Below are positions 52,608 through 62,587 of a stretch of 64,000 nt of DNA, in pieces (the first letter of the stretch is position 1; each line of letters begins with the position of its first letter). The notes beneath the pieces were generated by a model. The model made no database searches, was not told the origin of the DNA, and worked only from the letters and a program-made list of their open reading frames with translations. The stretch comes from a virus, in IMG/VR virus record IMGVR_UViG_3300017991_000060, positions 32,001-96,000 of that record; one strand, written 5' to 3'. A program made the translations under genes and the position numbers.

Positions 52608-55425
52608 CGGATGCCACGGACATCATCCGCTCCAGGTGCTCGGCAAGCACCCTGTGCCGAAGCTCTCCGAATTGCCGAAGGGCCTTGACTGCCTCCATGA
52701 CAGTATCCTCGCGGACGCTGACCGATCCGTAGGCGTCCAGGGCCTCCACGAGCCGCGCCGGGATGTCCCTCGGATGCGCGCTCACGGAACGGAGGAGATC
52801 CCGGTCGCCGTCGGGCATCTCCAGGGAGAACACCTTGCTCCGAGCCATGCTCTCGGTGAGCCGGAGCATCTCGTGCACCTCCGCGACCTCGCGCGACGTG
52901 AGCCCAATGTCGGAGGTCTTCAACCGGATGTCCTCAGCCACCGTGATGTAGTTCTCGCCGCCGAGGATGCGGCCGGGGATATCGGTGCCGGCGAGGCGGC
53001 CGACCGCGGCGCGGACGGACTCCGAAGCGGCCGGTGGCGTCTCCGCGGGGGGCGGCGTCTCGGGCTTCTGCTCACCGGCCGGTACCTGGTTGCCGGGGTT
53101 GTCCGTAGGCGGGGCGGCCTCGGCCTCTCCGTTCTCGCCCTCCATGCCCTGGTGCTCCTCGCCACCCTTGCCGCCGTTCTCGCCCTTGAACTGGTCGTTC
53201 GCCTTGTCGAGTGCCTCGGCGGCTGCCTTCACGTCATCGTTGAACCCGGCGACCTGGCCGCGGAGCTTCGTCACGGCCTTCGCGGCCTTCTTCGCCCCTA
53301 CCGACTGGAGGAGCGATTCGAGGCGGACGAGCGAGTCCGTGGTGAGAGCGAAGGACGCCTGGCGGAGCTGCTTCAGCGCGGCGGCGGCATCCGCGAAGCC
53401 CTTGGCCGCCGCTTCACCCTCGGCCTCCTGGCCCACGTCAAGCTGCTCGGCCAACTCCGCCAAACCACCCTGGATCCCCAGCTCTTGCTCGTGGTCCCTG
53501 GCGTATTGGACAGAGAGCCAGACGCGGAGCTCCTTCGGGAACATATCTCGGACGCTGCCGCCGAACTCCTTCGCGTACTTCCTGGCTCCGGCGTCGATGA
53601 GGTACTGCCAGAGCTTCGGGGCCTTGGTCGGGTCGTAGCGGCCGGACTTCATCTTGCGGGCGATGTTCTGCTCGATGGACCGGCGCTGCCGGTACAGCTC
53701 GCGGTCGTTGTCGATGTAGAGCTCCAACTCCCGCGCGGCCGTCTCGTCCACGGCCTCGGACAGAGAGCCACCCTTCTCCAGATGGGCGATCATCTTCTTC
53801 ACGATCTCGTCGGTGCGCTTCTTCGGGAGCTGCGCGAACCGGAGGAACTGATCCATCGAGATCCCGAGCGGCTCCAGCATCCCGGTGGAGAGCTGGCCGG
53901 TGGCCTTCAGCTTCGCCAGCGCGTCGGCCTTGGTCATCTTCTTCCTACGACCCTCGGCCATCGTCTTGCGCCGGTTGATCTCCTTCTGGATGGTGGCGAG
54001 GTCATCCAAGTACCATGCCTCGGCGGTGGGGTCGTGCCCCTGCATCGCCTTGGCGGCCTCATGGGCATCCCCCAGGGCGAAGTGGAGCTGGTCCATCGAC
54101 ATCTGGGCGTACTGCTGCTCCTTCTTGCGGAACGGGTAAGCCCCCTTCGTGCTAGCCCCCCCGAGCACTTCGTCGAGGGACACCTCACCGCGGAGAAGGC
54201 GCGCGGCCACAGACTCCTTCTTTGGCGCGGGTGCGGCGGGGGCGGCCGGAGCGGGCGGGGCCGGGGGCTTCTCCTCCTCCTCCCCCTCCTCGGGCTTCTC
54301 CTCGGGGGTAGGCGGGGCCTCGGGCTCCTTCGGCTCCTCGGGTCCCTCCTCTTCGGGTTCCTCCTCGGGCTTCTCGGGTTCCTCCTCGGGCTTGCGCTCC
54401 TCGGGCTTCCCGCCGGTGGTGCCCTGCTCCACCTGGGTAGCGAGGTTGTGGAGGAGCTTCGCGAGGGCTTGCTTCAGGACCGGCTCGGGTACCGTCGTGC
54501 CGTCGCTCAGCTTCACCTCGCCGTGCGTGGTGCCGCCCTCTTCGCCCTTCGGGACCTCGGTGGGCTCCTCGCGCTCCTTCGAGGGCTCGCTCTTGCTGGC
54601 GGCCGGGCTACCCGGCTGATCCTCGGGGCGCTCGTTCGAGACTCCGCGCTCCGCCTCCGCGCCGCCCTCGGCACCGGCCTCGGCCTCCCCTCCGGGGCGG
54701 ACAGCATCATCCTGCTCCTGGAGCCCGAGACGACGCGCCGCCCAGGCCGGGATCATGTTCTGCTCGTGGAGGGCAGCCACCAAGTCGGCATCGACGCCGC
54801 CGATGCGCTTCCGCGGCACGGCGAGGCGCGCGATGCGGCCGGTGAACGACTCCTCGGGACCGGCGGTGCCCAGTACCCCTTCGTGAAGGCCCCTACGGGA
54901 GCGCATCACGAGGGCCTCTGCGATCCGATCCCACGCGATTCCGGCACGGCGCATGTCCTGGGGGAGCGCCGTGTCGATCCAGGCAAAGGCTTCCATGAGC
55001 GGATTCTCGGCCTTCACCCCATTGCAGATGTCCGCAAGATCGTCCAGGCCGACGTACTCGCCGCCGTGCGGTGCGGTGAACGACTCGCGGACCGCTTCGC
55101 CGTGCACGTTCACCACGTTCTCCGCGAACATCTCCCGGCCCTCGGCGGGAACGTGGTCATAGAACCGCTTGGCGTCCGCCGCGGAGTCGAAGATGTAGGT
55201 TTCCCCGAGCGGGGAAAGCGGCTCGAACGTCCCGGCGGCCTGGAGGACCGCGAACAGCTCGTCATCCTCCAGGGATTCCAGGGTGTCGATGACGGCCCGG
55301 CCACGCGGGCTAGCCTCCAACGCCGTACGGACGCTATCCCAGCACCAGAGCGTAGAGGGAGAAACCTCCTCGGTGCTCTCCGCGAGCGCGCAGAACGTCT
55401 TGATGGCGAGTTCCAAACCCTTCAT
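52594..55425 (-). CDS. Large putative internal head protein (943 aa, cassette-like)
   Basis: Alternating globular segments, E/P-rich linkers and xxE(S/G) junctions. Includes ELELYIDNDRELYRQ...KLWQYLIDAGARKYAKEFG, a segment I recognise from large-phage hypotheticals. Confidence 0.65.
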   Translation of the reverse strand: MKGLELAIKTFCALAESTEEVSPSTLWCWDSVRTALEASPRGRAVIDTLESLEDDELFAVLQAAGTFEPLSPLGETYIFDSAADAKRFYDHVPAEGREMFAENVVNVHGEAVRESFTAPHGGEYVGLDDLADICNGVKAENPLMEAFAWIDTALPQDMRRAGIAWDRIAEALVMRSRRGLHEGVLGTAGPEESFTGRIARLAVPRKRIGGVDADLVAALHEQNMIPAWAARRLGLQEQDDAVRPGGEAEAGAEGGAEAERGVSNERPEDQPGSPAASKSEPSKEREEPTEVPKGEEGGTTHGEVKLSDGTTVPEPVLKQALAKLLHNLATQVEQGTTGGKPEERKPEEEPEKPEEEPEEEGPEEPKEPEAPPTPEEKPEEGEEEEKPPAPPAPAAPAAPAPKKESVAARLLRGEVSLDEVLGGASTKGAYPFRKKEQQYAQMSMDQLHFALGDAHEAAKAMQGHDPTAEAWYLDDLATIQKEINRRKTMAEGRRKKMTKADALAKLKATGQLSTGMLEPLGISMDQFLRFAQLPKKRTDEIVKKMIAHLEKGGSLSEAVDETAARELELYIDNDRELYRQRRSIEQNIARKMKSGRYDPTKAPKLWQYLIDAGARKYAKEFGGSVRDMFPKELRVWLSVQYARDHEQELGIQGGLAELAEQLDVGQEAEGEAAAKGFADAAAALKQLRQASFALTTDSLVRLESLLQSVGAKKAAKAVTKLRGQVAGFNDDVKAAAEALDKANDQFKGENGGKGGEEHQGMEGENGEAEAAPPTDNPGNQVPAGEQKPETPPPAETPPAASESVRAAVGRLAGTDIPGRILGGENYITVAEDIRLKTSDIGLTSREVAEVHEMLRLTESMARSKVFSLEMPDGDRDLLRSVSAHPRDIPARLVEALDAYGSVSVREDTVMEAVKALRQFGELRHRVLAEHLERMMSVASAGTV

Positions 55426-55437
55426 GGTTCCCTCTCT

Positions 55438-58242
55438 CTACAGTACCTCGTACACGCCCCTGTTCGGGGTCGCTCGGGCCAGCCGAGTCTCGATCATACC
55501 TCGCGCCGCGTCGGCGCTGTCAGCACGAACGAGAAACAAGGTGCCCTCGTCGCGCCCGGCTGCTTCGGTGAGGCTCTCCAAGAGCGCAGGGGAACCCCCT
55601 ACGACGCCCCGGAACGTGGGCAACCGCTCCTCCGGGGAGGACCACATCATCACGCACTCGCCCACCGACTTCACCGACTTCACCAACTTCTCCACGTCCA
55701 GCGTGGTGGCGATCTGATCCACCGAAGTGATGGCGGGCTTCACCATCGTCTGCGGGGCGGGCGCGCCTGGCACCGGGTCCGGGGTGACGGACCACACCTC
55801 GGGATTCGGCGCGAGAGCGCCCCCTTCGCCCTGGCTGTAGGGCGCGAAAATCACCCACCAGTCCGCGGACGGGTCCGCGGGGTTCCCCACGAGCTGGGCG
55901 TTCGGGTTCGCCTGGCCCACCGCAGCCATCACCTCATCGAGCTCCGGCCGCGTGAGGGACGGATCAATGAAGAGGTAGATGGCTCCATCATCGCTGAACT
56001 CCACATCCTGTAACACGTCCACCGAGTCGATAGCGATGAGCTTGCGGAGGATGTCATCGAAGGCGTCATCCATCGTACGGATGTCCGAGGACTCCGTGAG
56101 ATCGTCCGGCTTGACCTCCGGGAACTGCGACGGCCTGTAGCGCATCTTCAGGAACTTCTTGGGCTCTCCCCAGTTGATGAAGGACCGACCGTTCCAGTGC
56201 CAGACCTTCCCGTTGTAGAGCCACAGCGAGGCGCGCTGATTCATGGTATCGCGGCTGAGGCGCGTGCCCTTGTCCCAAATGTCGTCAGCACTCGCCTCCG
56301 TCATTGGCCCCCGGTTATAACGGCCAAGGTCGCTATGCATCTTCCGACCCTCCCTAGAGCGGTGCCACTCCTTCGCCTTCGCGATCCGCTGGGCTTGGCC
56401 GCGCTTCGCGTTCCGTTGGTTCTGGAGGGACATTTCGATGTCCTTCCTGGGCTTCCGCTTCTTCCTCTTGCGAATCTCGAACCTGTACGACCCATGGGCA
56501 CGCGTTGGGCCGTCGCCCGGCTCCGGGGGTCGGTCGAGGACCTTCCGCCTACTACGCTCGGTCAAGACTGGCTCCGGCTTGTCCTTCACCCGATGGAACG
56601 GGGGCTTCGCCACCTTGGAAGTACGGAACTGGACGATGTTGATCCCGCCGGAGTACTTGTGCTCGCCGCCCATGCGGAGCTTCTTCTGGCGGTGCCCGGT
56701 GATGTGTAGCATCTGGCCGCGCTGCCACGCTGGCTTATCGTTCTTCGCGAAGTCCGGGTTGTCCGGCGCGGACCAGTCAATATGCATCTCGACGGTGTAG
56801 GGCTCCCCAAGCATCTTCGTCGAGAAGTTATCCGACACCATCAGCTTGTCCAAAGCCTTCACATCGCGCGCCCTCGCGGCGTCGATGATGCCTTGCTCTA
56901 CGCCCTTGTCCTTCGGCTTCATGAACAAGGTCTTGGCGACCTCCGTCCGGTTGAAGTAGGCGCGCACGGCGCGCTCCGCCCTGGCGTCCGCCAGCTCCTT
57001 CGTGAGCCTCCCGGCCTTGAACCGCTCCGCGATGTTCCTGAACGCCTTGTAGATTTCCCTGGACGCCAGAAGGAACCTGGCCGTGTTCACCTTCAGATTC
57101 ACGTCCTCGTCGTGGAGGAGGCGCATCCACGGCGTCCCATCCTGAACGGGCCGGATGTCCCACACAGCGCCCTCAACGCCGGTCACGCCGGACTCCTCGA
57201 ACTTCATCCCGAGGGTCATGCACGCCAACTTAAACGCCGTCTCGTACGCCTTGCCGCGGCGGCCGGTGTCCGTCGTCTTCGCTTCACCGAGGGGTCGCCA
57301 CATGATCCCGGTGTTCTGGTCGTAGGTCCCAATCTCGACCTCGACGCCATGCCGCTCTCCAATGGCGCGGAGCTTCTCCTGGGCCGGGGTGTGAACGGGT
57401 ACGACGAGGCCGGTATTGCCGCACGGGAGCGGCGTTCCCTGAATGAGCGCACCCTTCAAAGCGTACTCATTCACCCACGAACGGAGGTCCTCCATGAACG
57501 CCTCGGGGGCGTCCGGCCCTACGCGCCCTTGAACCGTGCCAGCCGAAGTCTCGGTGAGCACCGGCACCCTGAAGTCGTCGGCCATCATCTGGATCTGCTC
57601 ACGCTCACGGGCTCCGCTGTACTCGACCGTAACCAAGGGCTCATCGTCGTCCATGTAGTAGGGGAAATCCGTGCGGTCGAGGACCTCCGCGAAGTCCTCC
57701 GCGCTCCCCCACTCGGGGAACTTGAGCGTGACGGTTCCAGTGCGCTCATCGAGATCGGCCCAGCCGTCACGATCCCATCCGCCGTCCTCAACGAGATCGG
57801 CCCGCGGGTCAAACCCAAGGGCGCCCTCCGGCGCGTCGGACCAAGTGAATCGGAGGCCATCTCCATCCTCCTCGAACAGAAGGACTGGCTCGTAGGGGCT
57901 CTCAACGCGGAAGTACGTACCGCCGCGCTCCTCCAAGAACATCCGGAAGGCGGACATGCCGCCAGGGAACACCTCCTCGACCGCCGCCATCGGGATCACG
58001 CCGCCCTGGGCGACATCAAGTAGAGCCTGAATGCGCGGGATGCGTGACTCGCACACCGACCCTCGGGAGGTTTCGCCACGCACGTCCTTCAACCTGCCCC
58101 CGCATCCAGGGCACTTGGCCGGGTACCGGCCGCCGTACTTCGGGATGCCACGACCGCACTTCTGACAGAGCTTAACGGGCGACTTCCCCCTCATCATCGC
58201 GTTCGCCATACCCGCGGTGACGGTGACTCGGTTCCTGGACAT
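55438..58242 (-). CDS. Large putative internal head protein (~934 aa) with N-terminal Zn ribbon
   Basis: ATG 58242 behind GGAGGTG. CQKCG...KCPGCG; modules separated by LTE(T/R/S), MTE, LGE; one very basic module. Confidence 0.65.
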   Translation of the reverse strand: MSRNRVTVTAGMANAMMRGKSPVKLCQKCGRGIPKYGGRYPAKCPGCGGRLKDVRGETSRGSVCESRIPRIQALLDVAQGGVIPMAAVEEVFPGGMSAFRMFLEERGGTYFRVESPYEPVLLFEEDGDGLRFTWSDAPEGALGFDPRADLVEDGGWDRDGWADLDERTGTVTLKFPEWGSAEDFAEVLDRTDFPYYMDDDEPLVTVEYSGAREREQIQMMADDFRVPVLTETSAGTVQGRVGPDAPEAFMEDLRSWVNEYALKGALIQGTPLPCGNTGLVVPVHTPAQEKLRAIGERHGVEVEIGTYDQNTGIMWRPLGEAKTTDTGRRGKAYETAFKLACMTLGMKFEESGVTGVEGAVWDIRPVQDGTPWMRLLHDEDVNLKVNTARFLLASREIYKAFRNIAERFKAGRLTKELADARAERAVRAYFNRTEVAKTLFMKPKDKGVEQGIIDAARARDVKALDKLMVSDNFSTKMLGEPYTVEMHIDWSAPDNPDFAKNDKPAWQRGQMLHITGHRQKKLRMGGEHKYSGGINIVQFRTSKVAKPPFHRVKDKPEPVLTERSRRKVLDRPPEPGDGPTRAHGSYRFEIRKRKKRKPRKDIEMSLQNQRNAKRGQAQRIAKAKEWHRSREGRKMHSDLGRYNRGPMTEASADDIWDKGTRLSRDTMNQRASLWLYNGKVWHWNGRSFINWGEPKKFLKMRYRPSQFPEVKPDDLTESSDIRTMDDAFDDILRKLIAIDSVDVLQDVEFSDDGAIYLFIDPSLTRPELDEVMAAVGQANPNAQLVGNPADPSADWWVIFAPYSQGEGGALAPNPEVWSVTPDPVPGAPAPQTMVKPAITSVDQIATTLDVEKLVKSVKSVGECVMMWSSPEERLPTFRGVVGGSPALLESLTEAAGRDEGTLFLVRADSADAARGMIETRLARATPNRGVYEVL

Positions 58243-58244
58243 CC

Positions 58245-59162
58245 CTACACCACCTCTTCGATCTCGCCTCCCCAGGGGGTGAGCGCCATGTCGAGCCAAC
58301 GGATGCGCTCCGAGAGGCACATGTACGCCGCCTCGTTGCACGGGATCTCCGCCGTCACGATGCGGTCGTCACGGGTCATCCCTACGACCGCTCCGGCCTC
58401 CTGGGCACGCTCGACCAACCCGGCCCACGCCGACTCCGAGATCGAGCTCTCAACAGAGAAGGTCGCGGTACGCCGGTGGTCGCCTGGGGGGCCGAGGATG
58501 GGGATCGGCGCGAACTCATCGATGACCTCGCGGGGGAACGCCACGCCGACCTCGGCGCGGACCTGACCGTCGCCTACCGACTCCGCCGTCACCCGGACCA
58601 AGCCTGTGGTGGCGGAGAGGGCGTCTCGGAGGTACCGCTTCGTGCGCTCGGGATCATCTCCGTCGCCCTCGACCACCGCGCGGAGGAACGGGAGAGGCCG
58701 TCCGAAGGCGTCCATCACGTTCGGACGCGGCCAAGCGTTGTAGGAGGACCTGGGATTGCCGAGGCCGGACGCGCGCTCGGCCAGATGAATGAGCGAATGG
58801 AAGCCGCTCGCCACCGACTCAGTGATGGACATCTTCCCGTCGCTCGGGAGGTCCGGCCGCGCCGCTTCCGCCTCACTCACCTGGAGCGCAGCGCGTTCGG
58901 CCAGCGGGTCACGCTCGTACCCGCGGCGGCGGAGGGCTCCCTCGATGGAGGCCGTCACGCGAGCCGGGTGAGAACGTAGGGTCCACCTGGTCACGCCATC
59001 GCCCTCGATGGTGCCCTCGGCCAGACGGTCCAGGACCGTCAACGCGGCGTCGAGGGCCTCTTCCTCGATGCCATGGTCGATGGTCACGATCTCGTCGGGT
59101 CCGGTGCAGGCAACCGCAAGAGCACCATAGGCCGGGCCGCGGAAAAGTGTGGCGTCTCCCAT
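58245..59162 (-). CDS. Hypothetical protein
   Basis: AAGGAG RBS, 305 aa, coupled into the head operon. Confidence 0.7.
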   Translation of the reverse strand: MGDATLFRGPAYGALAVACTGPDEIVTIDHGIEEEALDAALTVLDRLAEGTIEGDGVTRWTLRSHPARVTASIEGALRRRGYERDPLAERAALQVSEAEAARPDLPSDGKMSITESVASGFHSLIHLAERASGLGNPRSSYNAWPRPNVMDAFGRPLPFLRAVVEGDGDDPERTKRYLRDALSATTGLVRVTAESVGDGQVRAEVGVAFPREVIDEFAPIPILGPPGDHRRTATFSVESSISESAWAGLVERAQEAGAVVGMTRDDRIVTAEIPCNEAAYMCLSERIRWLDMALTPWGGEIEEVV

Positions 59163-59335
59163 GTCGGACTCCTTGTAAGGCGGTCGCCGGTAACGGACCG
59201 TAGGAGGCGGAGTCCAGGGTTCGCCACCGGACGACCATGTCCTTCAGCTCGGCACCGTATCTCCGCCGAGCTCTTCGCGGGCCAGTATACCGAACCGGCC
59301 CAGCGGCGTCACGCGAGCCGGGTGGGAACGTAGGG
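58953..59335. repeat. 29-nt direct repeat, one mismatch (58953-58981 and 59307-59335)
   Basis: cgtcacgcgagccgggtg(a/g)gaacgtaggg. Both copies read LRSHPARVT on the minus strand. Confidence 0.85.
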
Positions 59336-59366
59336 CACAGGCCACGTCTTCGATGTTCTTCGCCAT
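59244..59366 (-). CDS. 40-codon ORF (MAKNIEDVACALRSHPARVT...)
   Basis: ATG behind GAGG, below the ORF-track cut-off. Carries one copy of the 29-nt repeat. Confidence 0.3.
   Translation of the reverse strand: MAKNIEDVACALRSHPARVTPLGRFGILAREELGGDTVPS
59284..59312 (-). promoter_or_regulatory. Sigma70-like promoter
   Basis: Minus strand GTGACG-17 nt-TATACT, about 120 nt upstream of the 59162 start. Confidence 0.5.
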
Positions 59367-59380
59367 TATGCGTCGTCCCC

Positions 59381-60586
59381 TCAATCGATGGTGTATGCCA
59401 AGTACGCGTGGGCGTTACTCAGATTATCGTGGTGGACGGTGAGGTAGTCCCCCTTCGAGCAATCCTCATCCGCGCTGCTCGTGCCGTAGGTCTTCGAGCT
59501 GCTGCCGGTAGGGTTCACCGTCTTGTAGACGGTGGCATTGCGCTCGAACTTGATGTACGGGCTTGAGGAGGTGTTCGCCCCCCACCCTACGTATTCCACG
59601 TTTCCGGCGAAGGGGAGGTAGAGCTTCGTCTGGTAGTCGCGGGACGTTCGGCCAGGGTCGAGGACCGTGAAGAAAGGTCTCATCCAATAGGGATCTGGGT
59701 CTTCGATAGCCCCGCCAAAGATGAGAATGACCGTCTTGTCGCTGCCAGAAGGCTTGACATCGAGCCAGAACTGCGTCTCCGAGTCCCCGCTCGTCCCTTG
59801 CTCCGCTCCGATGATCCCGATGATGTCCCCGATAGCCACGCTGATGTTCTCGTTTTCGAGGTTGAGGGAGTTGATGTTCTCCTGCACCTCGAACTTCACT
59901 TGCTCCACATCGTTCTTGCGAACGCTGATGTAGTCCAAGTCCCCAGGAGTCTCTGTGATCCACGACACCCTGTGGAGCGTGCCTGGCTTCGTAATGACGG
60001 CTGCGTGTTCATGGTTCGAGTTGCTACGCCCTATGTAATTGGGCGGGCCGCACACGCACGCATAGAGACTGGTGTTCGTCACACGCTGCGCGAACTGGTA
60101 CTGGTTGGCCGAATCGTCCGCCGTCTCAACCCAGAGCACGACGGCGGTGTAGTCGCCACTCAACATACGGATCGACACCAGGTCACCCCACGAAACGGGG
60201 ATCTCCAGATCGTCTTCGTAGTCAGGCGTCTGCGCCGAGTAGCTGATCTGGCGGGCGATGCGCTTCGTGACGTTGCGTATCTCGATGGACCCCGCCGAGT
60301 TGTTCAGGTAGTACGACGCCGCCTTGATTGTCCCGGGCCTCGTCACGTACTGGAAGCGGCGATCCCCCGTACCGTAATAAACGTGGTAGGAGCCGGGCTG
60401 AATGTAGCGGCCCGGAACGGACTCGCTATTGTACCAGCAGGCGAAGTTCATGGTGTAGTAGCCGACGACGGATGTCCTCCCAGCATCTCCGGGCTCCCAC
60501 CTACTGTTCGACTGGCTCCACTTGGGAACCTGACCATCTGTGGCGCCGCTCTGCGCCAGCTGCGAGAGCCTAGTGTCCCCAGCCAC
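59381..60586 (-). CDS. Fibre/receptor-binding-like protein with three tandem beta-sandwich domains
   Basis: N-terminal GATDGQVPKW...RWEPG fibre motif. Three ~120-aa Y/W/N-rich units each with a (R/K)PG(T)-like or PFAG turn. Confidence 0.6.
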   Translation of the reverse strand: MAGDTRLSQLAQSGATDGQVPKWSQSNSRWEPGDAGRTSVVGYYTMNFACWYNSESVPGRYIQPGSYHVYYGTGDRRFQYVTRPGTIKAASYYLNNSAGSIEIRNVTKRIARQISYSAQTPDYEDDLEIPVSWGDLVSIRMLSGDYTAVVLWVETADDSANQYQFAQRVTNTSLYACVCGPPNYIGRSNSNHEHAAVITKPGTLHRVSWITETPGDLDYISVRKNDVEQVKFEVQENINSLNLENENISVAIGDIIGIIGAEQGTSGDSETQFWLDVKPSGSDKTVILIFGGAIEDPDPYWMRPFFTVLDPGRTSRDYQTKLYLPFAGNVEYVGWGANTSSSPYIKFERNATVYKTVNPTGSSSKTYGTSSADEDCSKGDYLTVHHDNLSNAHAYLAYTID

Positions 60587-60595
60587 ATAAGCCTC

Positions 60596-61117
60596 CTAGT
60601 CCGGTGCCGCCACCTGCTGCCACACGTTCACGATGAGCGGTGTGCATGTTGGGTCAGGCGTATCCAGATCGCACTTGCCGCAGAGGCAGTGCCCCGCCGG
60701 ATGAGCTGCCAACGTACAAGAGAACATCCCCTGCGGGTACAGATGCTCCTGTGGGATAACGAACCCGAAACGGCCAGACTTCCCGTCGGCACACTCCAAC
60801 GGGCGGGAGATCAGACACCCAGGCTCGCCCCTCGGCTTGCCGTTCCGAGCACGGTAGCGAAGTGTGAAGGAAAAGCAGACATCGGCTCCGTCCGCCTCGA
60901 AGTCAACGCCTACGATGTACGCCTTCATCTTCATCCGCGTAACGGGGATGGGGGCATACGCCACCGGCTTCTTGCCTTGGTAGCGCACCCCCTCGACCAC
61001 CCCATCTTCACCGATGGACCACTCGCCCCCCGAGACGGGGAGTAGCGGTTCCGTGGGGTAGTCCGGCACCCCACGGAACTGCTCGGCCCTCGGCATCGCG
61101 GCAACTTGCCGCTCCAC
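60596..61117 (-). CDS. Hypothetical protein (Cys-rich C-terminus)
   Basis: GTG start, 173 aa, between two fibre-like genes. Confidence 0.55.
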   Translation of the reverse strand: MERQVAAMPRAEQFRGVPDYPTEPLLPVSGGEWSIGEDGVVEGVRYQGKKPVAYAPIPVTRMKMKAYIVGVDFEADGADVCFSFTLRYRARNGKPRGEPGCLISRPLECADGKSGRFGFVIPQEHLYPQGMFSCTLAAHPAGHCLCGKCDLDTPDPTCTPLIVNVWQQVAAPD

Positions 61118-61132
61118 TGCTCACCCCCAAGC

Positions 61133-62569
61133 TTAGACCAGATAGTCGAAGTCCACCCGATCGGCGGTGATGAGGTTGAACCACGTCGCGCCGTTCCAGT
61201 ACAGCGTGTCGCCGGACTGGATCGCGGTGTGCGCCCGTGCGGTACTCCCACCATCGCCAGAGAAGTAACACGCCTTCGACTTCACCCCATCGCCCAGCGG
61301 GTACTGGATGCCGTTCACCTTCACCTGGACGTAGTGCCCCTTGGCGGGGGTGGCGGCCATCGTGAGGCCGGTCGTCGAGTCATCACCGGCCGTCGCGGCT
61401 GGCGTCTGATCCTTGTTCGATGACGTGGGCTTCGGGAACGTGACCTCGTGCGAGTGGTCGGCCCGCGCGAGCCCGGCTGCGGAACCCTCCGCATTGGTGG
61501 AGGTCTTGTCGAGAGCGGTGCTCGGCGCCGCCGTAGTGATGGCGTGGGCGTGATCTGCGCGGGCGAGACCTGCCGCGCTCCCCTCGGCATTTGTGGTATC
61601 GCCGTCGAGTGCCGTCGAGGGAGCGGCAGTGTCGATGCCGTGCGCGTGATCGGCTCGGGAGAAGCTCGTACTGGAGCCTTCCGCGTTCGTCGTGTCACCG
61701 TCGAGGTTCGTCGAGGGAGCGGCGGCGACGATGGCGTGGGTGTGATCGGCGCGGGCCGCGTCCGTACTCACACCCTCGGAGGCCGTGGCATCCGGCTCGA
61801 TGGTGGACGGAGTTCCGCCGAGATCGAAGGTGCCGAAAGAGGCGAACGTGAGGCTCGTCCCGCTAGCACCGCCGATGGTGATGGGATCGTTGGTGGTCAG
61901 AAGGAAGAGAGTGTCACCGTTCTCGGTGCCTTCCTCGACCGGCGAGAAAGCGCCTGCCGTGACCTCGTCGTCCTCGTCGAAGTCGTCGGCCCGGTCGAGC
62001 GTGAGGGCCGTACCCGAGATGCCTGCGACGTAGATGCCGTTGGCGTCCCCACCGAGGCCGGAACCATCGCCTTCGTTCTTGATGAGCACCCGGTCCCCAT
62101 CCGCGATAGCCACGCCATCGATGGCGAAGGTATCGGACACGGCGAGCGTAGCCGTGATCTGCCCGCGGCTGCTGGATCCACCGGTGTTGTTGTAAGAAGG
62201 CGAGCCGCTGATGTCCGTGTTGTTGTCGAGGATTTCCGTCGTCGCGGCCCGACAGCTCTCCTTCGGGTCCAGACCGGCAGAGACCGCCTGGAGCTGCCCG
62301 TAGGTCGCGGCATCGGAGGTCGCGCTCCCATCCGCGAGTCCGGTGATCTTCTGGGAGCCCATCGCGAGCGCGCCCGTCATCGTGACCGAACCGTCACGCT
62401 GCACGAACTCGCCGCCTTGTTTGAGGCGATCCGTATCGATGGCACCAGCGGCGAACTTGGCGTTCACCGTGGCCTCATCGAAGAAGTTGGAAGCGATCTT
62501 CGCGCGGCTCTCGGCATCCGCTGCGAAGGCATTGTCCGCGAGCTGTGCCGCCCGCATCATCCCAGCCAT
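61133..62569 (-). CDS. Fibre-like virion protein with RADHxH repeats
   Basis: ATG 62569 behind GGAGG. LAMGSQKITGLADG..SDAATYGQL..GLDPKESCRAATT is a typical fibre segment; four ~32-aa repeats end in RADH(T/A/S)H. Confidence 0.72.
   Translation of the reverse strand: MAGMMRAAQLADNAFAADAESRAKIASNFFDEATVNAKFAAGAIDTDRLKQGGEFVQRDGSVTMTGALAMGSQKITGLADGSATSDAATYGQLQAVSAGLDPKESCRAATTEILDNNTDISGSPSYNNTGGSSSRGQITATLAVSDTFAIDGVAIADGDRVLIKNEGDGSGLGGDANGIYVAGISGTALTLDRADDFDEDDEVTAGAFSPVEEGTENGDTLFLLTTNDPITIGGASGTSLTFASFGTFDLGGTPSTIEPDATASEGVSTDAARADHTHAIVAAAPSTNLDGDTTNAEGSSTSFSRADHAHGIDTAAPSTALDGDTTNAEGSAAGLARADHAHAITTAAPSTALDKTSTNAEGSAAGLARADHSHEVTFPKPTSSNKDQTPAATAGDDSTTGLTMAATPAKGHYVQVKVNGIQYPLGDGVKSKACYFSGDGGSTARAHTAIQSGDTLYWNGATWFNLITADRVDFDYLV
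61441..61820. repeat. Four tandem ~96-nt coding repeats (PST..D..(N)AEG....RADHxH)
   Basis: Visible in the translation of 61133-62569. Confidence 0.85.
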
Positions 62570-62587
62570 AAGTCCCTCCGTCGCCAA

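Noticed and set aside
58953-59335. Diversity-generating retroelement template/variable repeat pair
   Set aside because: Only 29 nt, with a single mismatch that is C/T on the coding strand, not at a fibre C-terminus, and no reverse transcriptase in the window.
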